This document shows, in pieces, positions 35,656 to 45,319 of a stretch of 64,000 bases of DNA. A program made the translations under genes and the position numbers. The DNA is from Methanomicrobiales archaeon (GTDB lineage: Archaea; Halobacteriota; Methanomicrobia; Methanomicrobiales; Methanoculleaceae). Numbering within the stretch: position 1 is the first letter of the stretch; every line of letters begins with the position of its first letter. The notes under the pieces are model-generated. The model did no database searches and was not told the origin of the DNA. It saw only the letters and a program-made list of their open reading frames with translations. The stretch covers positions 2,305 through 66,304 of the forward strand of contig JAAZGM010000134.1 in assembly GCA_012511245.1 (NCBI GenBank). The letters run 5' to 3'.

Positions 35656-35914
35656 CCGATTCACATCTTTTATCGCTCTGTTGAAACCCTGTCCTGATCT
35701 TCATCCTCACCCTGATGTGGCTGATGCCGGACTCGATCTGTCTCCTGCCGACCTTTTTCTCAGGTGTACCTTCAGACAGTGGATCGTGAGGGGTACTGCC
35801 GTTGACAGATGGCAGATCTTAGCGCTCCTCCCCCTTCAGGATGGGGACAATGCCCGGGTGTTGCTGGTAGAGAATCGTGTCGGGGGTGCAGGCATCACAT
35901 CTCTCTGGCCAGCA

Positions 35915-35987
35915 TCCCCAACACGGTGGATCGTTTGGGGTATCGCCATCGGGTAGCGGTTTGCGGGGAGGAGGGTCTCCACCCTGT
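35915..35987. repeat. TATCGCCA repeat family, copy D
   Basis: TATCGCCAT at 35941 followed by a G-rich tract; its reverse complement resembles the units at 21866 and 22044; flanking CCCCAA/TTGGGG hairpin. Confidence 0.5.
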
Positions 35988-35989
35988 GT

Positions 35990-36814
35990 TTAGCGCTCGG
36001 TTTTTCCAGCGTTTGGCCGAATGATCCGTTCCACCTCACTGCGGTAGAGGCGGTAGAGGCTGTCGGCGAGGGTGCCGAGCTGGGGCACGACCATGAAGAG
36101 GGTATACGCGAGGATGACAAGAAAGACCAGTGCTCCGAGTTCTGCCATGACATTGTGCGCCCAGAAAAAACTCTCGTAGCCGAACTCCCCGTTGCCGGCG
36201 ATCCCCGGGAGGTAGGGGAACCACTGCTCGGTGTAGGCCGTGATGACAAAGACGTTCCGGACGATGTTCAGGATATATATCGTCGGGAAGACGATGAGGA
36301 AACCTGCGGCTTTCTGCTTCAGCGTCGACTGCACACCCCAGGCGACCCCGAGCATGATCGCGATGCTCTGGATACCGGTGCAGGCAAGGATGATCTCGGT
36401 CTGGAGGCCGTTTCGCTCCATCAGATTCCAGCCCTGGAAGGTTACCGGATAACCGACCGCTGCAAGTGCCGCTGCTGTCTGGTTGGTGACGACTGCAATC
36501 AGCCAATCCCCGAGTGCGGGTATGTAGCCGAAAGGCGCGTAGATCAGGAACGCCACGGCAGCTATCATCGAGATCTGCATCACCCGGGGGTCGTCGCGGA
36601 GCAGGTATTTTGCGGTTATGTAGAGGAAAGGTATCGAGAGGAAGGCTATCGCCGGGTACATGAAGTTATTGAGGGAGAAGTAGTAGGGAAGTTCAAAGAA
36701 GAGATATCCGACGATGCTTATCCACCCGCCGAGTGCGAAGTACTTCCGGAATCTGCCCGGGACAAGAAAGATAAGAAAGCAGATGCAGGAGATCAGCACC
36801 AGATAATCCTTCAT
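35990..36814 (-). CDS. artA: archaeosortase A
   Basis: IILACTGIQS (catalytic Cys), YILNIVRN, SFFWAHN. Confidence 0.9.
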   Translation of the reverse strand: MKDYLVLISCICFLIFLVPGRFRKYFALGGWISIVGYLFFELPYYFSLNNFMYPAIAFLSIPFLYITAKYLLRDDPRVMQISMIAAVAFLIYAPFGYIPALGDWLIAVVTNQTAAALAAVGYPVTFQGWNLMERNGLQTEIILACTGIQSIAIMLGVAWGVQSTLKQKAAGFLIVFPTIYILNIVRNVFVITAYTEQWFPYLPGIAGNGEFGYESFFWAHNVMAELGALVFLVILAYTLFMVVPQLGTLADSLYRLYRSEVERIIRPNAGKTER

Positions 36815-36939
36815 CTTTTATCCTTCGGTGTATCTGGCTATAATTATTTGCGCACCCCCCCGTCCCCGGGCCGCATGCCATGCAACCGATCATGCGGCAT
36901 GACCAAGAATTAATTGCGATCGCCGCTCAACTTATTATA

Positions 36940-37254
36940 ATGATGTTCTGTCCGCAGTGTAAGGGTCTGATGATATCATCCGGAGGTCAGATGAAGTGCA
37001 AAAAGTGTGGCTATATCCGGGCAATCGACGAATCTGACCGGTTAAAGAAGACAGACAAGCGTGTGGAGAAGGAGATCACCATCGTCGACGAAGAAGATAG
37101 GATTGCAACCCTCCCGACCACGACCATCAAGTGTCCGGAATGTGACTGCACGACGGCGTTCTGGTGGCTGCGGCAGTTGCGTGCGGCGGATGAGAGCGAG
37201 GTCAGGTTCTTCCGGTGCACTGCCTGTGGGAAGACCTGGCGCGAGTACGATTGA
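36940..37254 (+). CDS. tfs: transcription factor S (TFS/RpoM)
   Basis: MFCPQC...CKKCG and CPEC...Q.RAADE..RFF.C..CG..WREY. Confidence 0.93.
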   Translation: MMFCPQCKGLMISSGGQMKCKKCGYIRAIDESDRLKKTDKRVEKEITIVDEEDRIATLPTTTIKCPECDCTTAFWWLRQLRAADESEVRFFRCTACGKTWREYD

Positions 37255-37501
37255 TCGGGCTGGTTTACCGTTCTGGTACCCCTCTCGGGGTGCACTTTAT
37301 TTCATCAAATATTTGCGTCCTCTCCTCTGGTTCACGCGTTTTCACTTCTTGCTGCCCGCTCTTTCCCGATACCGGCTCCTATGAAGGCGTGGGTGCTGTA
37401 TGCCCTGATGCAGCTGTCAACCACTTCAACGCAGTTCTGGTAACCATCCCCCATTGTTTACCCTCTGGTGCACCTGCCCCTTCGACCAGAATGTTGATAT
37501 A

Positions 37502-37527
37502 ATTATACATTATTAATAATGTATAAT
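37502..37527. promoter_or_regulatory. perfect 26-bp palindrome at the acs promoter
   Basis: ATTATACATTATT|AATAATGTATAAT immediately before the GAGGT RBS. Confidence 0.7.
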
Positions 37528-37539
37528 CGAGGTACTCGG

Positions 37540-39438
37540 ATGGCGGAAAACTTTGATGTCAAACTCGAGGAGGCGAAATACTACACCCCTGAAACCATCT
37601 GCAGGGAGCAATCCTGGGTTGGGGACTACAACAGGGCCTACCGGGATTTCCTTGCAGATCCTGATGGGTTCTGGGACGGTGTCGCCAGAGAGCTTGAGTG
37701 GTTCCAGCCCTGGGACCGGGTGAAGGAGTGGAACTACCCCTATGCGAGGTGGTTCCTGAACGCCAAACTCAACGTCACCTACAACTGCCTGGACCGTCAC
37801 GTCCAGAACCAGCGGCGAAACAAGGTTGCGATCATGTGGCGGGGAGAGAACGAGGACGAGGAGCGGATCCTCACCTACCGTCAGCTCTACCATGCGGTCT
37901 GCCGGTTTGCAAACGGTCTTACGCGCCTCGGCGTCGTGAAGGGCGATCGGGTCTGCATCTACATGCCGCTCGTCCCCGAGCAGATCATCGCCATGCTTGC
38001 CTGCGCCCGCATCGGGGCGATCCACTCGGTCGTCTTCGGCGGGTTCGGCGTCAGGGCGCTCAACCAGCGGATCAAGGGCATCGGCGCCAAAGTGGTCGTC
38101 ACCGCTGACTTCACCTACCGGCGCGGCAAGGCGATCCCGCTCAAGAATGTCGTCGAGGAGGCTGTCGTCAATGCACCCTCCGTCGAGCGTATCGTCATTC
38201 TTCGGCGTGATCTCGACAAACCCGTGGAGATCCACCCCGAGATGGAGGTTGACTTCCACAGTATGATGGAGGACGTGGAGCGAGAGTGCCCGGCAGAGCC
38301 GATGGATGCTGAGGATCCGCTCTTCATCCTGTATACGAGCGGCACCACCGGGACACCGAAGGGCATCGTGCATACCTGCGGTGGGTATATGGTCGGGACT
38401 TACTACACGACGAAGAACGTCTTTGATATCAAAGACAGCGACATCTTCTGGTGCACCGCCGACCCCGGCTGGATCACCGGTCACAGTTACTGTGTCTACG
38501 GCCCGCTCCTGAACGGTGCAACCTGCCTCATCACAGAAGCAACCCCGGATTACCCTGATCCGGGCACCTACTGGGACCTCATCGAGGAGTACGGTGTCAC
38601 CATCTTCTACACCGCCCCGACCGCCATACGGATGTTCATGCGGGTGGGAGAAGAGTGGCCAAACCGCTACAACCTCTCGTCGCTCCGTATCCTCGGATCG
38701 GTCGGTGAACCGCTCAACCCCGAGGCGTTCGAGTGGTACTACCATACCATCGGGAAAGACCGGTGCCCGATCATGGATACCTGGTGGCAGACCGAGACGG
38801 GGATGCACATGCTGACAACGACGATCGGCGAACCTATGCGCCCTGGATTCGTGGGAAGGCCGATCCCGGGCGTCATCGCGGATGTCGTCGATGCAGCGGG
38901 GAATCCTGTTCCACCGGGTACGGGCGGCCTTCTGGTCATCAAAGATCCCTGGCCGTCGATGATGCGGACGATCTGGGACGATGACGAGCGCTACTGTAAG
39001 TACTGGAACACCATCCCGGGCTGCTACACTGCGGCTGATCTTGCGGTGAAAGACAGAGACGGCTACATCATGGTCATCGGGAGGTCCGACGACCTGATCG
39101 TCGTCGCCGGGCATAACATCGGGACGGCCGAGGTCGAGAGTGCGCTCGTATCCCATGAAGCGGTGGCGGAAGCCGCCGTCATCGGGAAACCCGATACCCT
39201 GAAGGGGAACACAATCAAAGCCTTCGTCATCCTCAGGGATGGCCGGCATCCGGGTGAGAAGCTGAGAAATGACCTTGTCTACCATGTCAGGATGACGCTC
39301 GGCCCCATCGCCATACCGTCCGAGATCGAGTTCGTCGAGGCGCTCCCAAAAACCCGGAGCGGCAAGATCATGAGGCGGGTCTTAAAAGCGCAGGAAATGG
39401 GTATGGACCCCGGTGATATCTCGACCCTGGAAGACTGA
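37540..39438 (+). CDS. acs: AMP-forming acetyl-CoA synthetase
   Basis: [32 protein letters not shown]. Confidence 0.95.
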   Translation: MAENFDVKLEEAKYYTPETICREQSWVGDYNRAYRDFLADPDGFWDGVARELEWFQPWDRVKEWNYPYARWFLNAKLNVTYNCLDRHVQNQRRNKVAIMWRGENEDEERILTYRQLYHAVCRFANGLTRLGVVKGDRVCIYMPLVPEQIIAMLACARIGAIHSVVFGGFGVRALNQRIKGIGAKVVVTADFTYRRGKAIPLKNVVEEAVVNAPSVERIVILRRDLDKPVEIHPEMEVDFHSMMEDVERECPAEPMDAEDPLFILYTSGTTGTPKGIVHTCGGYMVGTYYTTKNVFDIKDSDIFWCTADPGWITGHSYCVYGPLLNGATCLITEATPDYPDPGTYWDLIEEYGVTIFYTAPTAIRMFMRVGEEWPNRYNLSSLRILGSVGEPLNPEAFEWYYHTIGKDRCPIMDTWWQTETGMHMLTTTIGEPMRPGFVGRPIPGVIADVVDAAGNPVPPGTGGLLVIKDPWPSMMRTIWDDDERYCKYWNTIPGCYTAADLAVKDRDGYIMVIGRSDDLIVVAGHNIGTAEVESALVSHEAVAEAAVIGKPDTLKGNTIKAFVILRDGRHPGEKLRNDLVYHVRMTLGPIAIPSEIEFVEALPKTRSGKIMRRVLKAQEMGMDPGDISTLED

Positions 39439-39479
39439 ATAACCAACTATTTATATACTTTTTTAAGCATGCTATATAT

Positions 39480-40043
39480 ATGAATGAGCACAGACCAGAG
39501 GAGTCCCTCAAGATAGAAAATATCGTCGCTTCCGCGAAAGTGACGGAATCTCTTGATCTGCCTTCTCTTGCGTCCCAGCTGAAGGATGCGGAATACAATA
39601 AAAAACGGTTCCCCGGCGTCGTTCTCCGGATGCAGGACCCCAAGATCGCCGCGCTCGTCTTTGGTTCCGGGAAGGTCGTCCTGACCGGTGCAAAGAGCAT
39701 CGACAACCTCTCACGAGGTCTTGAGATCCTCGTCGAAAAGTTGCGGGCACTCGGCATTGAGATCCCCGGGAGTCCGACCTACAAGGTCCAGAACATCGTC
39801 ACATCCGCCGACCTCGGGACACCGATCAACCTCAATAAGATTGCCGTGGGCTTCAACCTGGACAAGATCGAGTACGAACCCGAGCAGTTTCCCGGGCTTG
39901 TATACCGCCTCGACGATCCGAAGGTGGTTGTCCTTCTCTTCGGGTCCGGCAAACTGATCATCACAGGCGGAAAGGTGCCTGAGGATGCCCAGCGAGCAGT
40001 ACAGCGGATCCTCTCTGAGCTCTCCAGTCTTGGTCTTATCTGA
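39480..40043 (+). CDS. tbp: TATA-box-binding protein
   Basis: Two repeats: NIVAS...FPG...FGSGK, YEPEQFPGL. Confidence 0.97.
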   Translation: MNEHRPEESLKIENIVASAKVTESLDLPSLASQLKDAEYNKKRFPGVVLRMQDPKIAALVFGSGKVVLTGAKSIDNLSRGLEILVEKLRALGIEIPGSPTYKVQNIVTSADLGTPINLNKIAVGFNLDKIEYEPEQFPGLVYRLDDPKVVVLLFGSGKLIITGGKVPEDAQRAVQRILSELSSLGLI

Positions 40044-40455
40044 AACCCACCTGATAACTCATTCCTTTTTTGTATGGCAAGGGCTTATCAGCCCGGTACG
40101 TCACTGGCCTGATACCCCGGGATATGCGCGAAATGCATCGGCAGAGCACCGGGGTTGCCGGTGCTCCGAAAGAGTTATCCCGGTAACCCCGGCGGATCGC
40201 AATAGACACAAACCCGGGAGATGATGTGGCTATTCATCTGGCGCCCGGTAATCCTCTTGTTCACCGTATCCTGCCACCAGAGGAGTATTTCTCAGCAGTT
40301 GCAGGAGTGTGATCCGGCGAGAAAAGGGCGGCTCTCAAAGGGTTGATGATTCATCAAGTCATTAAAATCCGACGCAATCGCCTGATCTCCTATTAAAATA
40401 ATAATATTTTTATAGTCGGATTTAAAACACTAGATAAGTATCTGATGGTGAATGG

Positions 40456-40836
40456 ATGAGGTCTGATAAGGTACGGTATTTTACACCCCGCGATGAAGAA
40501 CTCGCCGAGCTCCTGATGGGCATCGGAATCAAAAGAAACGTCTCTAAAGTGCTTGTATACCTGGCAAATACCGAAGAAGCAACATCCCGTGACATCGAGC
40601 GCGGCACCGATCTCCGCCAGCCCGAAGTCAGCATCGCCATGCGCTACCTCAAAGAGTGCGACTGGATCGATACGCGCGAGAGCAAGTCGGAGAGCAAAGG
40701 TAGGCCGGTGAAGATCTATACCCTCTCACGCTCAATAACCGAGATCATGGATACGATCGAGAAAGAGAAGAAGAAGGAAGCCCGACATCAGTTGGACCTT
40801 ATTCAGAAGATGCGGGAATGCATCTCAATGCAGTGA
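40456..40836 (+). CDS. methanogen winged-HTH transcriptional regulator
   Basis: SRDIERGTDLRQPEVSIAM...KGRP.K.Y.L. Confidence 0.85.
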   Translation: MRSDKVRYFTPRDEELAELLMGIGIKRNVSKVLVYLANTEEATSRDIERGTDLRQPEVSIAMRYLKECDWIDTRESKSESKGRPVKIYTLSRSITEIMDTIEKEKKKEARHQLDLIQKMRECISMQ

Positions 40837-41529
40837 TACAACGCTGCAACCTTTCTCCTCACCGATAATGACTGTTATCTTTTCTGTGTAAGCCGAGAAC
40901 AAGCCGCACTCCAGTACACCCGGGATCGGGGCGATCTCCGCCTCCAGGCGTTCGGGATCTGCAATTGTCCCGAAACCGCAGTCGATGATGAAGTTACCGT
41001 TATCGGTGACGACCGGGCCATCCTTCTTCACCCCTTCCCGGAGAACCGGATCGGCACCGAGCGCTGCAAGCCGGCGGGAGACCGCCTCCACGGCGAACGG
41101 GAGCACCTCGACCGGCACGGGCGCGTTCAGGGCATCCACCATCTTGGTCCTATCGACGACGATGATCGCTCTTCGTGCTGCATCACAGACACACTTCTCC
41201 CGGAGGAGCGCGGCGCCACGCCCCTTGATCAGGTGAAGGGCGGGATCGATCTGGTCAGCCCCGTCGATGGCGATATCGAGTTCGGGGTGCTCATCGAGGC
41301 TTGTGAGAGGGATCCCATACTGGCGTGCTCTGATGGCTGCCTGATAGGATGTCGGGACGCCGACGATGGAGAGTCCATCCTCTGCTATCCGCTTGCCCAA
41401 CCGCTCCATCGCAAAGAAGACGGTCGATCCTGTCCCGAGCCCGACAACCATCCCGTCCTTGACCTCTTCTGCTGCCCGGTAGCCTGCGTTCCGCTTTGAT
41501 GCGGCCTGTTCTTCTGCAGTCATGGACAT
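40825..41529 (-). CDS. rpiA: ribose-5-phosphate isomerase A
   Basis: GLGTGST, DGADQ, KGRG.AL.REK, TDNGN. Confidence 0.95.
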   Translation of the reverse strand: MSMTAEEQAASKRNAGYRAAEEVKDGMVVGLGTGSTVFFAMERLGKRIAEDGLSIVGVPTSYQAAIRARQYGIPLTSLDEHPELDIAIDGADQIDPALHLIKGRGAALLREKCVCDAARRAIIVVDRTKMVDALNAPVPVEVLPFAVEAVSRRLAALGADPVLREGVKKDGPVVTDNGNFIIDCGFGTIADPERLEAEIAPIPGVLECGLFSAYTEKITVIIGEEKGCSVVSLH

Positions 41530-41532
41530 ACC

Positions 41533-42333
41533 TCATCCTCCCCGCATATCGATTCCATCAAAAATTCCCCTGAGAGCATCTCTGGCGCCAAATGCCGTGC
41601 AATCGAGTGTGATCGGCGTTATCGAGACGTTACCCTTCTGCACCGCATGTGCATCGGTGCCTTCCTCCGCATCCTCGCGCAAGGGGCCGTCGATCCAGTA
41701 ATACGGACGTCCACGAGGGTCAAAACGTTCCTCGACACCGGTGTAGAAGAGTTTCTCGGCAAGACGGGTGATCTCGTATCCCCCGCGCACCTGCGCCGGG
41801 ATGTTCACGTTGATGACGTGCGCGTCCGGAGGAAATCCGTTTACAAGGATCTTTTCACAGATCTCGCGAACCACGCGCTTTGCATCGAAGAACCGGTCGG
41901 TGATCCGCGAAGGATCGTCGAACTTATCGCCCTGATCCTCCACCTGGAGCGAGAAGGCGAGAGACGGCACGCCCTGGTTCGCTGCCTCAAGTGCAGCGCC
42001 GACAGTCCCCGAGGTCATGATGGACTCGTAGGAGAGGTTTTCGCCGATGTTGATCCCGCTGACAACGAGGTCGGGGTTCAGGCGCAACGCAAACAGTCCG
42101 ATGATCACGGAGTCGGTCGGTTTCCCGCCGACCGAGTATGCCGGCACCCCGTTCATCGTCACTTCTGTTGCGCGGATTGGCTCGAAGATGGAGATAGACC
42201 TTCCTACAGCGCTCTGCTGGGTGGCAGGCGCGACCACGGTGACGTCGGCAATCGGCGCAAGCGCGTTGTATGCCGCCCAGAGTCCTGTGGAAGTTATCCC
42301 ATCGTCGTTCGTGAGCAGAATCTTGGGTTTCAT
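41533..42333 (-). CDS. surE: 5'/3'-nucleotidase SurE
   Basis: LLTNDDG, SGIN.GEN, SGTVGAA. Confidence 0.95.
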   Translation of the reverse strand: MKPKILLTNDDGITSTGLWAAYNALAPIADVTVVAPATQQSAVGRSISIFEPIRATEVTMNGVPAYSVGGKPTDSVIIGLFALRLNPDLVVSGINIGENLSYESIMTSGTVGAALEAANQGVPSLAFSLQVEDQGDKFDDPSRITDRFFDAKRVVREICEKILVNGFPPDAHVINVNIPAQVRGGYEITRLAEKLFYTGVEERFDPRGRPYYWIDGPLREDAEEGTDAHAVQKGNVSITPITLDCTAFGARDALRGIFDGIDMRGG

Positions 42334-42416
42334 CCTTGTCTATAGGGATGGTTCCCGCGCATCAAAAACCTGCCCGATCGTCAGGGTCAAATCCTCTGTA
42401 GCTGACCTCTACTGCA

Positions 42417-43304
42417 ATGAAGGTCTTTCTCGCCGAATACTCTGTATGCAACGATCCCGAGCTCGCACCGGAGGGCGCCGCCATGCTTGCCGCCATAAGC
42501 GGGAGTTTCGAGCGGTGCGGTTACGACGTGGTGACCCCGGAGCGTCCTGACTTCGAGGGCGAGATCCGGCGTCTCGCGCCGGGGTGCGATCTCGGGCTGG
42601 TCATCGCTCCCGACCACCTGCTCTTCCGGTATACGCATATCCTTGAAGGGTTGACCCACAATATCGGATGCGGGAGCATGAACGCGGCAGTCTGCGCAAA
42701 CAAAAAGAGGACTGCAGAGATCCTCTCGCGGAACGGGATAGCCGTTCCCCCCGCTGCCGGGGAGGGGCGGAAGGTTGTCAAACCGGTGGCAGGATGCGGC
42801 GCTCTCGGTGTCCGGCTGACGGAGGAGGAGCCGGGAGCCGGCGAGTTTGCACAGGCCTATGTCGAGGGCGAGGCGCTGAGCGTGAGCCTCGTGGGGAGCC
42901 GGGTGACCGGCAACGTCTGTGAATTCTACTCAGGCGCTCCGCCGCTCCTGCTCGCCGTCAACCGGCAGGAGATCGCCATCACGGATGATGGGAGGTTCGT
43001 CTACCTCGGAGGAGAGACTCCTGTCCATCCTGACCGCGAGGAGGAGATCGTCAGTGCCGCTGTCCGGGCGATGAACGCCCTCGGGTGCCAGGGATACACC
43101 GGGATCGACGTCATTGCCGGGGAGCAGATCTATGTCGTGGATGTCAATCCGCGGCCCACGACCAGCCTCACCGGCATCGCGGCGGTCATGGGGGAGGAGA
43201 TCGCCGAGATCCTTGTTAAGGCGTCGCACGGCGAGGCGCCGGCGGAGGTGCACCTCTCCGGGAGGGTGCGGTTCGACAAGAACGGGGAGCTCTGCCGGCT
43301 ATGA
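42417..43304 (+). CDS. mfnD: ATP-grasp tyramine--L-glutamate ligase-like (methanofuran biosynthesis)
   Basis: EG.AML, VIAPD, KP..GCG, DVNPRPTTS; adjacent to an mfnF-like gene. Confidence 0.75.
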   Translation: MKVFLAEYSVCNDPELAPEGAAMLAAISGSFERCGYDVVTPERPDFEGEIRRLAPGCDLGLVIAPDHLLFRYTHILEGLTHNIGCGSMNAAVCANKKRTAEILSRNGIAVPPAAGEGRKVVKPVAGCGALGVRLTEEEPGAGEFAQAYVEGEALSVSLVGSRVTGNVCEFYSGAPPLLLAVNRQEIAITDDGRFVYLGGETPVHPDREEEIVSAAVRAMNALGCQGYTGIDVIAGEQIYVVDVNPRPTTSLTGIAAVMGEEIAEILVKASHGEAPAEVHLSGRVRFDKNGELCRL

Positions 43305-44230
43305 TCGGGATCGATATCGGCGGTGCGAACCTCAAGATTGTTGACGATACCGGTGTGCAGATCCATTACTGTCCGCTCTGGCAGGGCGCACCCCTTGCCG
43401 ATCTCCTCGAACTGTATGCAGGAAGACCTGCTGCCGTGGTCATGAGCGGGGAGCTCGCCGACTGCTTTGCAAGCAAGATGGACGGCATCCGATGGATCGT
43501 CGGAGCGGTCCAGGAGGCCATCCCCGACGCCGTCTTCTACGGCACCGATGCCCTGTTCCATACCCGGCCGGATCCATCCCTTGCCGCCGCGAACTGGCTG
43601 GTCTCGGCCGACTACCTGCGGGAGGACCATGCCGATGCGGTCCTCCTCGACGTGGGGAGCACCACTGCCGACATCATCCCCCTGAACCGTTTTGAGGACC
43701 TCAAGGGGCTGACCGACACCCGGCGGTTGCAGGAGCACTACCTGGTCTACACCGGCATGCTCCGGACGAACGTCGCGACGCTGGTCTCGTCGGTCACGCT
43801 CGACGGGACGCCGACCCCGGTGAGCACCGAATATTTCGCCGCGAGCGCAGACGCCCATCTCGTTCTCGGCCACATATCTTCCGGAGATTATACCTGTCCT
43901 GCACCCGATAACGGCGAAAAGACCCCTGATGCGGCACTCCGGAGGCTAGCCCGGGTAGTCTGTGCTGATCTCGACGAGATCGGGCGAGATGGAGCCTTAA
44001 CGGTCGCGCGTCGGTTCTGGGATGCCCAGCGGACGCTGATCGTCCGCGCGGTGGAGGATGCAATGACCCGGAGCGGGGCCGGACGGTTGATCACGGCCGG
44101 GATCGGTGCGGACCTCTTTGCCTGCGAACTCAGCGGCACTACGCTTGACGATGTGATCGGGGAGGTCTCGGATGCATTGCCGGCATACGCGGTCAGGGAA
44201 GTGGCACTACGGCGCGCCGGTGGCACCTGA
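43301..44230 (+). CDS. mfnF: hydantoinase/oxoprolinase-like methanofuran biosynthesis protein
   Basis: GIDIGGANLK, MSGELADCF, AAANW, DVGSTTADIIP, LARVVCAD. Confidence 0.78.
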   Translation: MIGIDIGGANLKIVDDTGVQIHYCPLWQGAPLADLLELYAGRPAAVVMSGELADCFASKMDGIRWIVGAVQEAIPDAVFYGTDALFHTRPDPSLAAANWLVSADYLREDHADAVLLDVGSTTADIIPLNRFEDLKGLTDTRRLQEHYLVYTGMLRTNVATLVSSVTLDGTPTPVSTEYFAASADAHLVLGHISSGDYTCPAPDNGEKTPDAALRRLARVVCADLDEIGRDGALTVARRFWDAQRTLIVRAVEDAMTRSGAGRLITAGIGADLFACELSGTTLDDVIGEVSDALPAYAVREVALRRAGGT

Positions 44231-44469
44231 CCCTTCTCCTGCTCGCGGCGTCGATCGGTATCACGGCCGTATCGCTGGCGCTAGGCTATCCGCTCTTTCT
44301 TCTTTTCCTCTTCATTCCGTTGATCCCGCTTCTTGGAAGATCCCCCGTCGTGAAACGGTGTCCTGCCTGCGGATGGGAAACCGCAGGCAACGAGCGCTTC
44401 TGCCCCTACGATGGGACGCCGCTCGTGGTTGAGGATGAAGGTGGCAAGGTTCAGCAGGGAGAGCGGTAA
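44227..44469 (+). CDS. small membrane-anchored Zn-ribbon protein (80 aa, CTG start; not in ORF track)
   Basis: Manual translation (M)TLLLLAASIGITAVSLALGYPLFLLFLFIPLIPLLGRSPVVKRCPACGWETAGNERFCPYDGTPL...; CTGA overlap with the mfnF stop. Confidence 0.65.
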   Translation: MTLLLLAASIGITAVSLALGYPLFLLFLFIPLIPLLGRSPVVKRCPACGWETAGNERFCPYDGTPLVVEDEGGKVQQGER

Positions 44470-44907
44470 CAGAAAACCAAAGAGGTCGGTTGCGGGGATC
44501 CCTCCAAAGTCGCGAGAGGCATAGTTCCGGATCGTCCCCCGGTCGACGACGATCCCCATCGCCCGGAGGTGCTGTGCCACCTGGTTGAAGGGCATCTGCT
44601 GCGCGAGGAGGAGACAGAGATCGACGATGGGCGCTCCAAGACGGGTCTCGGGGTAAAACGGTGCATCTGCATAACAGAGGGCGCCGCAGTCCCGGCAGTA
44701 AAACCGTTTCACGAAGACCCGGATGGTGCGCTCCTGTCCATCATCAAGCATGACGGCAAATCGTTTTGCCCGCATATCATGGCCGGTCACCTGACCGGAA
44801 CACGACGGGCAGAGATCGATATCGGTGAATATCACGCCATCCATCGCTGTAAGAGCGCTCCCCACCAGGTCGGCGAGCATCGGCGGTATCAGCACTGTCT
44901 TCCTCAC
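44281..44907 (-). CDS. Zn-finger + HTH protein resembling a transposase N-terminal module
   Basis: CPSC...RFYCRDCG, then HTH-like MPFNQVAQHL..GIVVDRGTIRNY; GGAGAGG RBS before the GTG. Confidence 0.7.
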   Translation of the reverse strand: MRKTVLIPPMLADLVGSALTAMDGVIFTDIDLCPSCSGQVTGHDMRAKRFAVMLDDGQERTIRVFVKRFYCRDCGALCYADAPFYPETRLGAPIVDLCLLLAQQMPFNQVAQHLRAMGIVVDRGTIRNYASRDFGGIPATDLFGFLLPLSLLNLATFILNHERRPIVGAEALVACGFPSAGRTPFHDGGSSKKRDQRNEEEKKKERIA

Positions 44908-45319
44908 ACGAGCACCTCTCCCCTGTGATTGTTATGGGAGGGTTATACATCCACTGATAATAACATCTCCCGTCAAACGGGAGTGCCCGGGTGGCGCGGT
45001 CTTTCCTGCCCGCTCCGTCCCCGGCCTGGTTGCGATCTTGCTTCTGAATACCCGGGACCGGCCGCCGCGCCCGGGTAGGTGTGGTATAACCGGTCAACTC
45101 TTTTATGCCGCAACCGGTCTGACACCATCGTATGAGCGCCCTGCGATGCAGGGCCGACATATAACTCCTGCAACCGAACCGGCCGGTGGTACCTGAGATC
45201 ACTATCCTCCTGGGGAAAGAAGAATCGCACAACCCACACTTATTCATCAAAAAACGGTGTGTTAATCACTAGTGTTAAATATTTTAATCGTCTATATAGG
45301 TGTATCCGAGGTTTTTACC

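Noticed and set aside
37513-39285. 590-aa - strand ORF antisense to acs
   Set aside because: Same codon-bias shadow; no protein-family features
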